Positions 52,446 to 64,000 of a stretch of 64,000 nt of DNA are shown here, in pieces (position 1 is the first letter of the stretch; each line of letters begins with the position of its first letter). The notes under the pieces were generated by a model. The model worked only from the letters and a program-made list of their open reading frames with translations. It ran no database searches and was not told the DNA's origin. A program made the position numbers and the translations under genes. The stretch is from Mobula birostris (lineage: Eukaryota). The stretch is taken from NCBI RefSeq assembly GCF_030028105.1, contig NC_092399.1:24200881-24264880 (forward strand), given 5' to 3'.

Positions 52446-52739
52446 AGTGGATGGGATACAGCTGCAGAAAGCCACAAACATACAGCCAGCGGCCACTTTA
52501 TTAGGTACAGCACAGTACTCCAGCACAGCCTTTGAGGAAAAGGATGTTTGACAATCAAGACCTAGGTCTAAGCTAGTGGTCGGCAGGCCAACAGTAATCC
52601 ATCTCCTGTATGCTTTGTATTACCTGTTACAACAATGGAAAATCCGGTTTAATGAATTTAAAGGTTAACTTTACTTATCACATGTACATCGAAAAAAATA
52701 AAATCTGTCATTTTGCTTCAACGGCCAACACAATCCAAG

Positions 52740-52955
52740 GACGGGGCTGTGCTCAGTCCAACAAAACATGCCCTCAACTTACTAACCCTAACCGTACATC
52801 TTTAGTATGTGGGAGGAAACCAGAGCACTAGGAAGAAATTGATGCGGTCAGAGGAAAACGTGCAAGCTCCTTACAGACGGCAGTGGGAATCAAACAGCTT
52901 TCAGTAATCGCCAGTGCTGTAAAGCAATTAGGCTAGCTGCTACACTACTGCGCCT
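52740..52955 (-). mobile_element. tRNA-derived SINE
   Basis: Reverse complement of the SINE head and core. Confidence 0.65.
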
Positions 52956-52998
52956 CACTTTGATGATGTGAGCTAATGTCAGTGTAATGTCTCAGGCC

Positions 52999-55900
52999 AA
53001 CATAGAACATAGAATAGTACAGCACAGTACAGGCCCTTTGGCCCATAATGTTGTGCTGACCCTCAAACCCTGCCTCCCATATAACCCCCCACCTTAAATT
53101 CCTCCATATACCTGTCTATTAGTCTCTTAAACCTCACTAGTATATCTGCCTCCAGCACTGACTCAGGCAGTGCATTCCACGTACCAAACACTCTGAGTAA
53201 AAAACCTTCCTCTAATATCCCCCCTTAAACTTCCCACCCCTTACCTTAAAGCCATGTCCTCTTATATTGAGCAGTGGTGCCCTGGGGAAGAGGCACTGGC
53301 TATCTACCCTATCTATTCTCCTTATTATCTTGTACACCTCTATCATGTCTCCTCTCATCCTCCTTCTCTCCAAAGAGTAAAGCCCTAGCTCACTTAATCT
53401 CTGATCATAATCCATACTCTCTAAACCAGGCAGCATCCTGGTAAATCTCCTCTGTACCCTTTCCAATGCTTCCACATCCTTCCTATCCAACCAGAAATGG
53501 ACACAGTACTCCAAGTGTGGCCTAACCAGAGTTTTATAGAGCTGCATCATTACATCGCGACCCTTAAACTCTGTCCCTCAACTTATGAAAGCTAACACCC
53601 CATAAGCTTTCTTAACCACCCTATCTACCTGGGAGGCAACTTTCAGGGATCTGTGGCCATGTACCCCCAGATCCCTCTGCTCCTCCACACTACCAAGTAT
53701 CCTGCCATTTACTTTGTACTCTGCCTTGGAGTTTGTCCTTCCAAAGTGTATCACCTCACACTTCTCCGGGTTGAACTCCATCTGCCACTTCTCAGCCCAC
53801 TTCTGCATCCTATCAATGTCTCTCTGCAATCTTCGACAATCCTCTACACTATCTACAACACCACCAACCTTTCTGTCGTCTGCAAACTTGCCAGCCCAGC
53901 CTTCTACACCCACACCCAGGTCGTTAATAAAAACCACGAAAAGTAGAGGTCCCAGAACAGATCCTTATGACACCACCAGTTACAATCCTCCAATCTGAAT
54001 GTACTCCCTCCACCACGACCGTCTGCCTCTGCAGGCAAGCCAATTCTGAATCCACCTGGCCAAACTTCCCTGGATCCCTTGCCTTCTGACTTTCTGAATA
54101 AGCCTACCATGTGGAACCCTGTCAAATGCCTTATTAAAATCCATATAGATCACATCCACTGCACTACCCTCATCTATATGCCTGGTCACCTCCTCAAAGA
54201 ACTCTATCAGGCTTGTTAGACACGATCTGCCCTTCACAAAGCCATGCTGACTGTCCCTGATCAGACCATGATTCTCTAAATGCCCATAGATCCTATTTCT
54301 AAGAATCTTTTCCAACAGCTTTCCCACCACAGACGTAAGGCTCACTGGTGTATAATTATCTGGACTAACCCTACTACCATTTTTGAACAAGGGGACAACA
54401 TTCGCCTCCCTCCAATCCTCCGGTACCATTCCTGTGGACAACGAGGACATAAAGATCCTAGCCAGAGGCTCAGCAATCTCTTCTCTCGCCTTGTGGAGCA
54501 GCCTGGGGAATATTCTGTCAGGCCCCGGGGACTTATCTGTCCTAATGTATTTTAACAACTCCAACACCTCCTCTCCCTTAATATCAACATGCTCCAGAAC
54601 ATCAGCCTCACACATATTGTCCTCACCATCATCAAGTTCCCTCTCATTGGTGAATACCAAAGAGAAGTATTCATTGAGGACCTCGCTCACTTCCACAGCC
54701 TCCAGGCACATCTTCTCACCTTTATCTCTAATCAGTCCTACCTTCACTCCTGTCTTCCTTTTTTTCTTCACATAATTGAAGAATGCCTTGGGGTTTTCCT
54801 TTACCCTACTCGCCAAGGCCTTCTCATGCCCCCTTCTTGTTCTCCTCAGCCCCTTCTTAAGCTCCTTTCTTGCTTCCCTATATTCCTCAATAGACCCATC
54901 TGATCCTCGCTTCCTAAACCTCATGTATGCTGCCTTCTTCCACCTGACTAGATTTTCCACCTCACTTGTCACCCATGGTTCCTTCACCCTACCATTCTTT
55001 ATTTTCCTCACCGGGACAAATTTATCCCTAACATCCTGCAAGAGATCTCTAAACATCGACCACATGTCCATAGTACATTTCCCTACAAAAACATCTTCCC
55101 AATTCACACCCACAAGTTCTAGCCTTATAGCCTCATAATTTGCCTTTCCCCAATTAAAAATTTTCCTGTCCTCTCTGATTCTATCCTTTTCCATGATAAT
55201 GCTAAAGGCCAGGGAGCAGTGGTCACTGTCCCCCAGCTGCTCACCCACTGAGAGATCTGTGACCTGACCCGGTTCATTACCTAGTACTAGATCTAGTATG
55301 GCATTCCCCCTAGTTGGCCTGTCCACATACTGTGACAGGAATCCGTCCTGGACACACTTAACAAACTCTGCCCCATCTAAACCCTTGGAACTAATCAGGT
55401 GCCAGTCAATATTAGGGAAGTTAAGGTCACCAATGATAACAACTCTGTTATTCTTGCACCTTTCCAAAATCTGTCTCCCAATCTGCTCCTCTGTATCTCT
55501 GCTGCTACCAAGAGGCCTATAGAATACCCCCAATAGAGTACCTGCTTCCTTCCTGTTCCTGACTTCCACCCATACTGACTCAGAAGAGGATCCTGCTACA
55601 TTACCCACCCTTTCTGTAGCTGTAATAGTATCCTTGAACAGTAATGCCACCCCTCCTCCCCTTTTTCCGCCCTCTCTATCCCTTTTAAGGCACTGAAATC
55701 CAGGAATATTGAGAACCCATTCCTGCCCTGGTGCCAGACAAGTCTCTATAATGGCCACTACATCATAATTCCATGTATGTATCCAAGCTCTCAGTTCATC
55801 ACCCTTGCTCCTGATGCTTCTTGCATTGTGGTACACACACTTCAGCCCTTCTACCTTACTGTCTTTACGCCATTTATTCTGCTTCAAAGCCTCTCTATAT

Positions 55901-56056
55901 GTTCGATCTAGCTTTACTCCATGCACTTCTTTCACTGCTCTATCGCTCCGGGTCCCATCCCCCTCGCAAATTAGTTTAGACCCTCCCGAACCGTGCTAGC
56001 AAACCTACCTGCAAGGATATTGCTCCCTCTCGAGTTCTGGTGCAACCCATCCAATC
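52999..56056 (-). mobile_element. CR1 LINE: end of ORF1 plus whole ORF2 region, frameshifted in the RT 3' half
   Basis: 651-aa ORF 53980-55935 (NARSI, GDLNFP, DFNKAFDRV); continues in 53578-53937 (KFADD) and 53212-53550; (ttctatg)n tail. Confidence 0.97.
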
Positions 56057-56229
56057 TGTGCAGCTGTGCAGCAGTGAGGTTTTATTGCAGTCCATCAGTT
56101 CTAACAGGCAGGCAAATTTGTTTGCATACCCAACACCAAAATATCAAAACAGGCATACTAAGTCTAGTTATGTCACAGTAAGAGATTACGAGGAATATAT
56201 AGAAAAGGCTTCAAGGGTGTACTCAAAGC

Positions 56230-56520
56230 GTCATGGAACATATAAGAGAACAGCACAGGAAAATACCCTTCAGTTTATGATGCTGTGCCAAGCTAATTAA
56301 GTGCTAAACTAATCTCTTCTGCCGACACAATGCCCCTCCATTCTCTTCATATTTGTGTATTTTAGAGCCTCTTAAATGCGTCTATCATATTTGCCCCCAC
56401 TACCATTCCAGGCAGTGTATTCACATTTCGACTCTGTGAGAAAGAAACTGGTTGTCTGTGCTTCTCATAATTTTGTAAGTTCCGTTAGGTCTCCTCCACA
56501 GCTTCTGTTGCTCCAAAGAA
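56230..56520 (-). mobile_element. CR1 3' fragment, degenerate
   Basis: Similar to 1703-2075. Confidence 0.55.
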
Positions 56521-59500
56521 AACGTTAAAGAAATGCCCCCTTAAAGAAAATATAACTTCCATGTCAACTTAAAAATCCCTGGGCATTGACCAATCAAAAT
56601 GGAGAGGAATCATCCACAAAAACATGAGAACATCAGGAGAATGTAAAAACCCTGCTCAAGTGGCTGAAGGAACAACTACCTCACAAACTGACCATTGGCA
56701 AAAAAAAATACCAGATTAACCAAGTAAGTATCCTCCACCTTTTACAAAACAAAGAAGGGAGGGTATCTTTGACCTTTGACAAGCAGAGCCTGCAGAACTC
56801 CAAAAGGCATGTTTGACTGCTGTGAATCCGCTAAAACTTCCGTGCCAAATTGAAGGAAACACCTTATCATGCCTGCAGCAGGAGCTCTTTCTTCAAAGGG
56901 GTACAGTTCCAATGATGAGGATACAATTGGCCAAGAAGATTATACCCCATTTTCCTTTCCAGTGAATCTTCCCTCACTGGAAGGAAAGATGGTTCCACCA
57001 TCTTCAAGGTGTGCAAAGTCTATTCACTGCTGCCTTTTTCATCCATTAGAATATTGGCTGCTGAATGGATATATCTATTTTAATTAGTACATATGCAATA
57101 TTATTTGTAACAAGTTAACTTATCTTTGCAATTTACAACTAACAACAAAAGTAGTAAAACAGCACACGAATTTGGACTCCAAGATGAGTTTAAGGTTGAG
57201 TGTGTTTTTCTTGTACGCACGTTTCAATTAACACGTTAATTATGGGGATGTATAGCTTTAAAAGGTGGAGCTGTTTACTGTCAAATTAAAGCTCTTAAAT
57301 GTATTTGAATTAGACAAAGCTACTGAACAATGAACAAAGTTACTTGAGACCTAGCAATATTTTAGAATCAGAATAAAAGGGAGTATTTAAATTTTAAAAG
57401 GATTAGACTGGTAAAATTGACAGAGTTCCAAGATTTATTTGGTCAACAAGGCAGTATTTTCATGAAACGGATTAAAATAACGTTTACATGTCAAGAACTG
57501 GATTACAATCTGTTTCCCCTTGCGTTTGTTTACACATCAGATCGGCTGTGCAGTTACTAAGAGAGACATGGCAACATTAGGTGGTATGTGTACACAGTTG
57601 GAAGTCTCATAGTGTTAACAGATTGAGAACTGGACTACTGCTGATCAGAATGATCATGTACTCCGGCAAAAAGTGAGTTTGCAGTAGCCTGCATGGGATT
57701 CTGATATGAAAGAATAAACAAGATTTGCTCACAAGTTTCCATTTTTGTTCAACTAAAATTGAAAGGTAGGAATTCTTACTTTGTTTTAGGAGATTGCACA
57801 TCTTCATTCTGCCTGGATGAGGATTGAAGTTACCGGTAGAAATGTGGTATTGGTGACTTTCTTGTCTTTTGTCGTAGCTTTATATTCTATTCTCATCAGC
57901 ATCTCCCTCGTAAAACACCAGCACTTTATTGTATTACAGATTGTATCAATTGATAGATGATTGATAATTGATAGATAAATGAGATAGCTCACTGCTTAGT
58001 TAAGCTCGAAAATACAATAAGTTTTTTTTGCTAGTATCCCACCTGAAAACATGAAGCAGTGGAATTAAATGCTATGATAAATAAAGTACAAATACTGTAA
58101 TATCAAATATTCTGCATGTATTGCTTTAGTCAAAGTGCTTATTTTTTTCAATATAGCAGTTAAGATCTTACCATCGACATAAGTTTAGCATTAGATTAAT
58201 TAACAAATGGAAATGATCAGATAAGATACTCCTTTCTTTGAGATGTAAACAATAAGTTTTTGCTAATACAGCATATCTGTAAGTGAACATGTTCAGGACA
58301 TCAGAAGAAGATAAATAGGAATTCAGGGCTACATGAAGCATGTTAAATTGTGTACTGGTTTGTAATTGTCGTGTGCACCAAGATTCAGTGAAGAAGGTTT
58401 ATTTGGGTGCTAAGCAAACAGATCATGCCCCACATAAGCACATCAAGATAGTGATAAAAAACTGAACGCCAAATATGATGTTGCAGCTTCAGAGAAAGTT
58501 CAATTCAGGTAAATGCATAAAGTGCAAGGGCCGTTATGAGGTAGATTGAAAAATTAAGAAATCATCTTTAGCATTTGAGAGGTTCATTCAAGAATCTGAT
58601 AACAGCTGTTCTCAAGTCTGGTGATGTCTGCTTTGATCAAATAAGCTTTATTTAGAATTTTACATTTAATTTTTCCTTGTGAAGAAGTGATATGTGTAAA
58701 TATAAATTTTATTCTTTTTAGTTAAATCATATTTGTCATATTTTTTGTTACCTTCTGATTGAAAATTTATTTTTAAGAGGAAATCTGAAAGTGTGATGAG
58801 GGGGGTAGGGGCTTGGGGAGTCTGGTAGGTGTGAAAAGAGGCAAATAAAACAGGAGCATTATGATGAAATCATTGTGTGGATGTTTAAAGTTGGACCTTT
58901 GCTAATATATATTCTTGTGCTAAACCTAACACTTTTCCACTTGCCTCCTACCCAATGTCTCAACAATTATTTAATTTGTCATAAAATATAAGGTGGCTAT
59001 AAAATACAGATAATCCTAATTGGAGAAACCCAATTAATTTTACAAATCTTTGAAAGCAATGCAAAGCATGTTAAGAGTTAAATGTAAGAGCTGCCAGCAC
59101 AGTCAAGAACAAGAGAAATTTTGTTTTCAGTTCATTGAAATATAACTAAAATGAGTTACAATAGCAGAACACCAAATTGCTGTTGATTTAACTCGTCCAA
59201 GTCAACAGAGAGTGGAAAATAACTTGTGTGCACTTGTGTTTTACTAACAACACCAACTTAGTCCAACTTGTTTCTGCACGTCCCATTTCTGCATCATATC
59301 TAAAACTCTTCCCTTTGGCAAGACCTTTCTGTAAAGGCGTCAACCTTATTGCATCAAACTTGTGGCACTCTTGTATATTATATCCATAAATGGAATTTTT
59401 ATGAAACATTTGAAATATACCATGTTGGAAAATAAGCATGAAATTACAGTCGGAAAGTTGAAAGCATACCAAAAGGCTAAATTCTCATATGAATGGGTCA

Positions 59501-59615
59501 GACACCCAGAAACATTGGCTGCACTTCAGCAGGTAAAAACAGTGGAATGAGGCCTAGTCCCATTGGAGATGGCCTGTTTTGGTTATGGAGTAGCGTACCG
59601 AGCCATGCACTGTAA

Positions 59616-59940
59616 GCGGCATGGTAGTGTAGTGGTTAGTGCAATGCTTTCCAATTCTGGCGATCACCAGTCAGGGTTCAATTCCCACCACTCTCTGTAA
59701 GGAGTTTGTAAGTTCTCTCCATGACTACGTGGGCTTGTTGTGGGTGCACTGGTTTCCCCCCACCTTCCAAAGACACACAGTTAGGGATAGTGAGTTGTAG
59801 CCTGCTATGTTGCCGCCAGAAGTGTGGTGACGCTTGTGGGCTGTCCCCAGCACAGTCTTTGGATCGTGCGGTCATTGCTGAAACACATTTCATTGTCCTT
59901 CAATGTTTTGATGTACATGGGATAAATAAAGCTAATCTTT
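59616..59940 (+). mobile_element. tRNA-derived SINE
   Basis: tagtgtagtggtt A box, gggttcaattccc B box, V-type core, aataaag tail. Confidence 0.75.
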
Positions 59941-60094
59941 TAAAAACTATCAGCAATTAATCAGCCATAAGTAGCAAAAAAAAAAGCAAAATAGAAATCC
60001 AACTTACTTATCAGGAATTATATTAGCCCTTGATTTCTCTTTACTAAAAATAAGTGTAAGGACTTACATAGGTCAACAGTTTTATGCCTTACTG

Positions 60095-61296
60095 CAGGGG
60101 ATCCCCAACCTTTTTTGCACTGTGGACCGGTTTAATATTGACAATATTCTTGCGGACGGGCCGACCCGGGGGCGGGGGTGGGTAGGGTTGCCAGCGGACA
60201 AGAGTAGCACTCAAATACGTTGTGTTTACCCAGAGAAAGACTACAATGACCATGACGTCTTGCGTGGGCACCAGTGCGTATGCGTGTACCTGCCGATTTT
60301 TTTTCTGCCATTCGTTTTGGCGATTCTGTTCGGGTTGGGGGGTGCTAATCACGACCGGAATATAGGTGATAAGTGGCTAATACACTCAATTTTATTTCTA
60401 AAAGGGTTTATCTAACGAATTTAATATTAAACACACAGCGCATATTTTCCTCGCATGAATATAGTGATAAGTTAATTATCAGGGGAGGACAGGGGAGCTT
60501 GAAGTAAGTATTGAACGAACTTCCAGTAGAAGTGGTAGAAGCAGGTTCGATATTATCATTTAAAGAAAAATTGGATAGGTATATGGACAGGAAAGGAATG
60601 GAGGGTTATGGGCTGAGTGCAGGTTGGTGGGACTAGGTGAGAGTAGCGTTCGGCACGGACTAGAAGGGCAGAGATGGCCTGTTTCCTTGCTGTAATTGTT
60701 ATATGGTTATATAAGTCAATAGCATCATAACATTTTAAGTAACGTTTGGATATTAAACACACAGCACATATTTTCCCCGTATGAACATATAAAATCATTG
60801 CAACACACCAATATCGCTGAATCAGTGGGAGCCCTGGGCTTGTTTCCCTGAATCAAGACGGTCCTATCAAAGGGCGATGGGAGACAGCGATACTCGAACG
60901 TGGTTCCTTATGTCCAGTCTATTCCGCAATTTAGTTTTCGTTGCATTCATTGCAGAGATATGTTGGAAATTAAAGCAATGTTTTGAGTGCTTTCATGGCT
61001 GTCTCAGGATATTTAGCCTTGACTTTGATCCGGAATGCCGGCAGAGGTGTTATGTCAAACATACTTTTCAGCCCGCCATCATTTGCAAGCTCAAGGAGTT
61101 GATCTTCTTACCGCACTGACATGGATGACGCGCGGGTAATGACCTTGTGTGTGTTCAAGTTCAACAGTGGGCGTGACAGGGAATGAGGAAAGGTGCAGCT
61201 GGCTCATATCGCCAAATCATATCGTTTCCTCACAGCCCGGTAGCACATGCTTTGTGGCCTGGTACCGGTCCACGGCCCGGTGGTTGGGGACCGCTG
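60095..61296 (-). mobile_element. Non-autonomous hAT (Buster/Charlie type), 8-bp TSD, with an embedded CR1 tail
   Basis: TSD ccttactg at 60087 and 61297; TIRs caggggatccccaacc / ggttggggaccgctg; - strand transposase C-terminal remnant (EDQLLELANDGGLK...ATKTKLRNRLDI). Confidence 0.92.
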
Positions 61297-61559
61297 CCTT
61301 ACTGAATACGCTTTACTGGACTTTGCAGCAGTAGAGTTTTCCTTCCCCACCAAGCCAAAATCCATTTTAGACTGTGTAGGGATATGGTGAATGGGCTTGA
61401 ATCTACACCACTGCAAGATACCTGCTAAGTCGCAACTGGTTCTTTCATTCTTTTGTTTTTTTATTATTGTGGTGTTTAGTCTTTGCTGGCTAGGGCAAGA
61501 TTTAATATCCAACCCAAGTGCCCTTAAGGCGATGAGGAATTCTGAAGAGTCAGATAGAT

Positions 61560-62990
61560 CACTCGCCATAGGTTATCTAATTTCTTATGCCAGTTATTGC
61601 CAAAATATTTATACTCCAGCTATATTGCTAATCAATAGTGACTCCCAGGATCTTAGCAATAGGGATTTGGCAAGGTTAATACCATTGACTATTTAAGAAA
61701 GTAGAGTTTCCCTTAAAGGGTATAATTATTTTCTGCCATTTGTGTGGCATCAACATTGGCCAAAACTGCTACATGCAGTCATTGACTGCCTCATTTACTG
61801 AGGAACTGCAAGTGGAATTAGCATTGTTGGATCATCAGCAAATATCAATGATAGAAGGAAACTCACCGATGAAGCAGCTCTAGATAGTTGGACCAAGGGC
61901 ACACTCTTGGAGGACACCTGCTGGAATATCCTTTGGCTGAGATGCTTGACCCTGAACAACTACATCATCGTCCTTTGAGCAAGGGATGATCCTAATCATT
62001 GGAGAGTTTTTACACATAATTCCCATTGACTCTAGTTTTACCAGTCTCCAAGATGTCACACTTACTTGAATGTTATCTTTATGTTAAGGAAGTTTCACCC
62101 AGAACCCCCTCTACTCTGGAATTCAGCAATCTATCCATGTCTTGTCTTAGGTTATGAGGAAACATGGAGTTCAGTGGTCCTAACAAAGTCCAAAGTGGTC
62201 ATCAGTAAACAGGTAATCTATGAATCATAGCACGATAGACGACACATTCCTTAATTTTTCAGATGATGGAAAACAGACTGATTGGGTTTAATAGCTGGAA
62301 TGGGCAGCGTAGTGGTGTAGTGGTTAGCACACCGCTTTATAGTACAGGTGACCCGTGTTCCATGTCCACCACTGCCTCTAAGGAGTTTGTATGTTCTCCC
62401 TGTGACTGCATAGATTACCTCCAGGTTCTCTGGTTTCCTCCCACAGTCCAAACATGTACCAGTTAGTAGGTTAATTGATCATTGTAAATTGTCCTATGAT
62501 TTAGCTATAAATAAATCGAGGGATTGCTGGGCAGCATGGCTTGAAGGGCTGGAAGAGTCTATTTTGTTCTGTACTTAATAAATAAATTAATAAATAAATC
62601 CTGCCTTTTCATGACAAAGACATACCTGGGTATGTATTGAGTTATTGCAAGTTATTATAACAGTACTGGAACAGTGTGATTGTAGACATGTCTAGTTCCA
62701 GAATGTAAATTATCAGGACTCTGATGTTGTCCAGTCACTGAGGCTTTGCTCAATCCAGCGTTCTATATCATTTCTTGCTGCCACATGGAATAAATTGCAT
62801 TGCCTGAAAATTACTTTTGTAATGGTGGAGTTCTGGAGATGAATCTGAGATGACTCATTTATGGTTCTTCTGGATAAAGTTGGTGCAAATTTCGGCCATG
62901 TATTTGGCATGTACCAGGTGAGTTACCTTGAAACCATGGAGTTTCCCGAAGTTTTCTCTTAGCTTCTAATTGTCCACTGTCATGCTGAGA
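61560..62990 (-). mobile_element. Ancient degenerate LINE remnant
   Basis: Residual similarity to 44980-46550; interrupted by a SINE. Confidence 0.45.
62302..62597 (+). mobile_element. tRNA-derived SINE (V-SINE-type core)
   Basis: Aligns with 21918-22189; (aata)n tail. Confidence 0.85.
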
Positions 62991-63827
62991 GAATGCATTG
63001 GCTGTGGGATTGCCAAGCTCTATTAGACCTTGCTTTTGTAAATGAAGGTATATACAATATTTAGTTGTGTCTCTACTAGACTGGTATGTCTCACTATTAC
63101 TTTCATTAGCTTTAGTATGCAGAGTAACTTCTCATATGGTACTTACCAAGGTCTCCTGATGTAACTTCATGTGGCTTCTTCAAAGTGACATACCACTACT
63201 TTAGTGGGGTGAGGGAAGTCTAGTCTTCAGAAGCCATTTTGATCCAGACTTTCCTTGAGCTACATCAATTTGGATACTAAAATATATTTTTTAATGTAAG
63301 TGACATTGATAATTTTACTTTTTCTAACCTTCCCTTTTTTAGCATGTTAGAGTGGAAGAGGAGGTTTTCAGCTGTCTTCCTCCTGTAAGTTCATATAGAT
63401 GTGTTGAAAGTTGCTTCCCCTAGATCATCCATATCATTAAGCGACATTCCATTCATAGTTTTGCCTCTAATCCTATTAATCATGACTGTAAGAGTTTATG
63501 GGGAGATGGAAGTGAAGTGTTCCTGTACCACTTTAGTTACTTGGTAATTGGTAACTACAACAGTGAAGTGATAGACATCCAGCAGGGTGAGCTATGCTCA
63601 AATTCAATTCTCCAGTGGCAGGCACACAATAGCTCACTTACAAACAAAATTTTTGTGTCTAATAGCCAGGATTTGGTCCAAATGTGAAAAATGTTGATTC
63701 CACAAATAAAACCAGAGACCCAAAGGGTTGGCTAAAACTAGGGAAAAACAAAGTAGAGCAAAAACTTTTGTCCTCTGTTTAAATGGAACTGAATTTCAGA
63801 ATTTCAACTTGCATGTACTACTTAGAT

Positions 63828-64000
63828 TCTCACAATATACACAACGTGCTGGAGGAGCTCAGCAGGTCAGGCAGCGTCTGTGGACGGGAATAAACAGTCA
63901 ACATGTTGGGCCGAGACCCTTCATCAGGACTGGGAAGAAAGAGGAAAGAAGTCGGAATAAGAAGGTGGGTGGAGGGGAGGAAGAAACACCAAGGCGGCAG
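63828..64000 (-). mobile_element. Penelope pLTR with a degenerate hammerhead; runs off the window
   Basis: Reverse complement of the 38760-38890 pLTR. Confidence 0.8.

Larger units (their letters stand above)
51370..52510 (+). mobile_element. Tc1-derived non-autonomous element, host of the 565-bp insertion
   Basis: ta|cactcagtggccactttatt start; homologous to 39698-40219; also holds a small hAT-MITE-like piece at ~51476-51545. Confidence 0.7.

Noticed and set aside
53653-55999. Plus-strand ORFs overlapping the CR1
   Set aside because: Antisense shadows of ORF2; the same applies to the shadows at 4629-4901, 10148-11324 and 32674-34503
56869-57087. 72-aa ATG-initiated ORF
   Set aside because: No recognisable homology, promoter or splice context
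63343-63384. 42-nt plus-strand exon with a strong acceptor and GTAAGT donor
   Set aside because: No partner exons or recognisable peptide, and it lies well past the MEAF6 polyA signal; unsupported without RNA data

Overview
Eukaryotic vertebrate genomic DNA, intron-rich and dense in repeats. The repeat mix (CR1, V-SINE-type SINEs, Penelope, Tc1, Tx1) suggests a cartilaginous fish such as a ray; this is inference. Two spliced protein-coding genes lie in tandem on the + strand, each with a CpG-island promoter. SNIP1 has 3 coding exons (3324-13485, 362 aa, C-terminal FHA domain). MEAF6 has 7 constitutive coding exons plus a 30-nt cassette exon (26828-48511, 192 or 202 aa). Most other ORFs in the track come from transposons or are spurious. 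Main finding: a 565-bp non-coding retroelement (51881-52445, - strand, perfect 12-bp TSD) whose first nucleotide is the predicted cleavage site of an HDV-like ribozyme fold; this copy lacks the catalytic C. Other findings are a minimal hammerhead motif in a Penelope repeat in MEAF6 intron 1, a bipartite LINE between ~207-bp direct repeats, a nested Tc1/Tc1/CR1/hAT stack, a Tc1 whose interior appears inverted relative to its ends, a hAT carrying a CR1 tail, and a higher-order minisatellite. No prokaryotic systems (CRISPR, operons) are present. Everything was read by eye, so boundaries of degenerate repeats are approximate.
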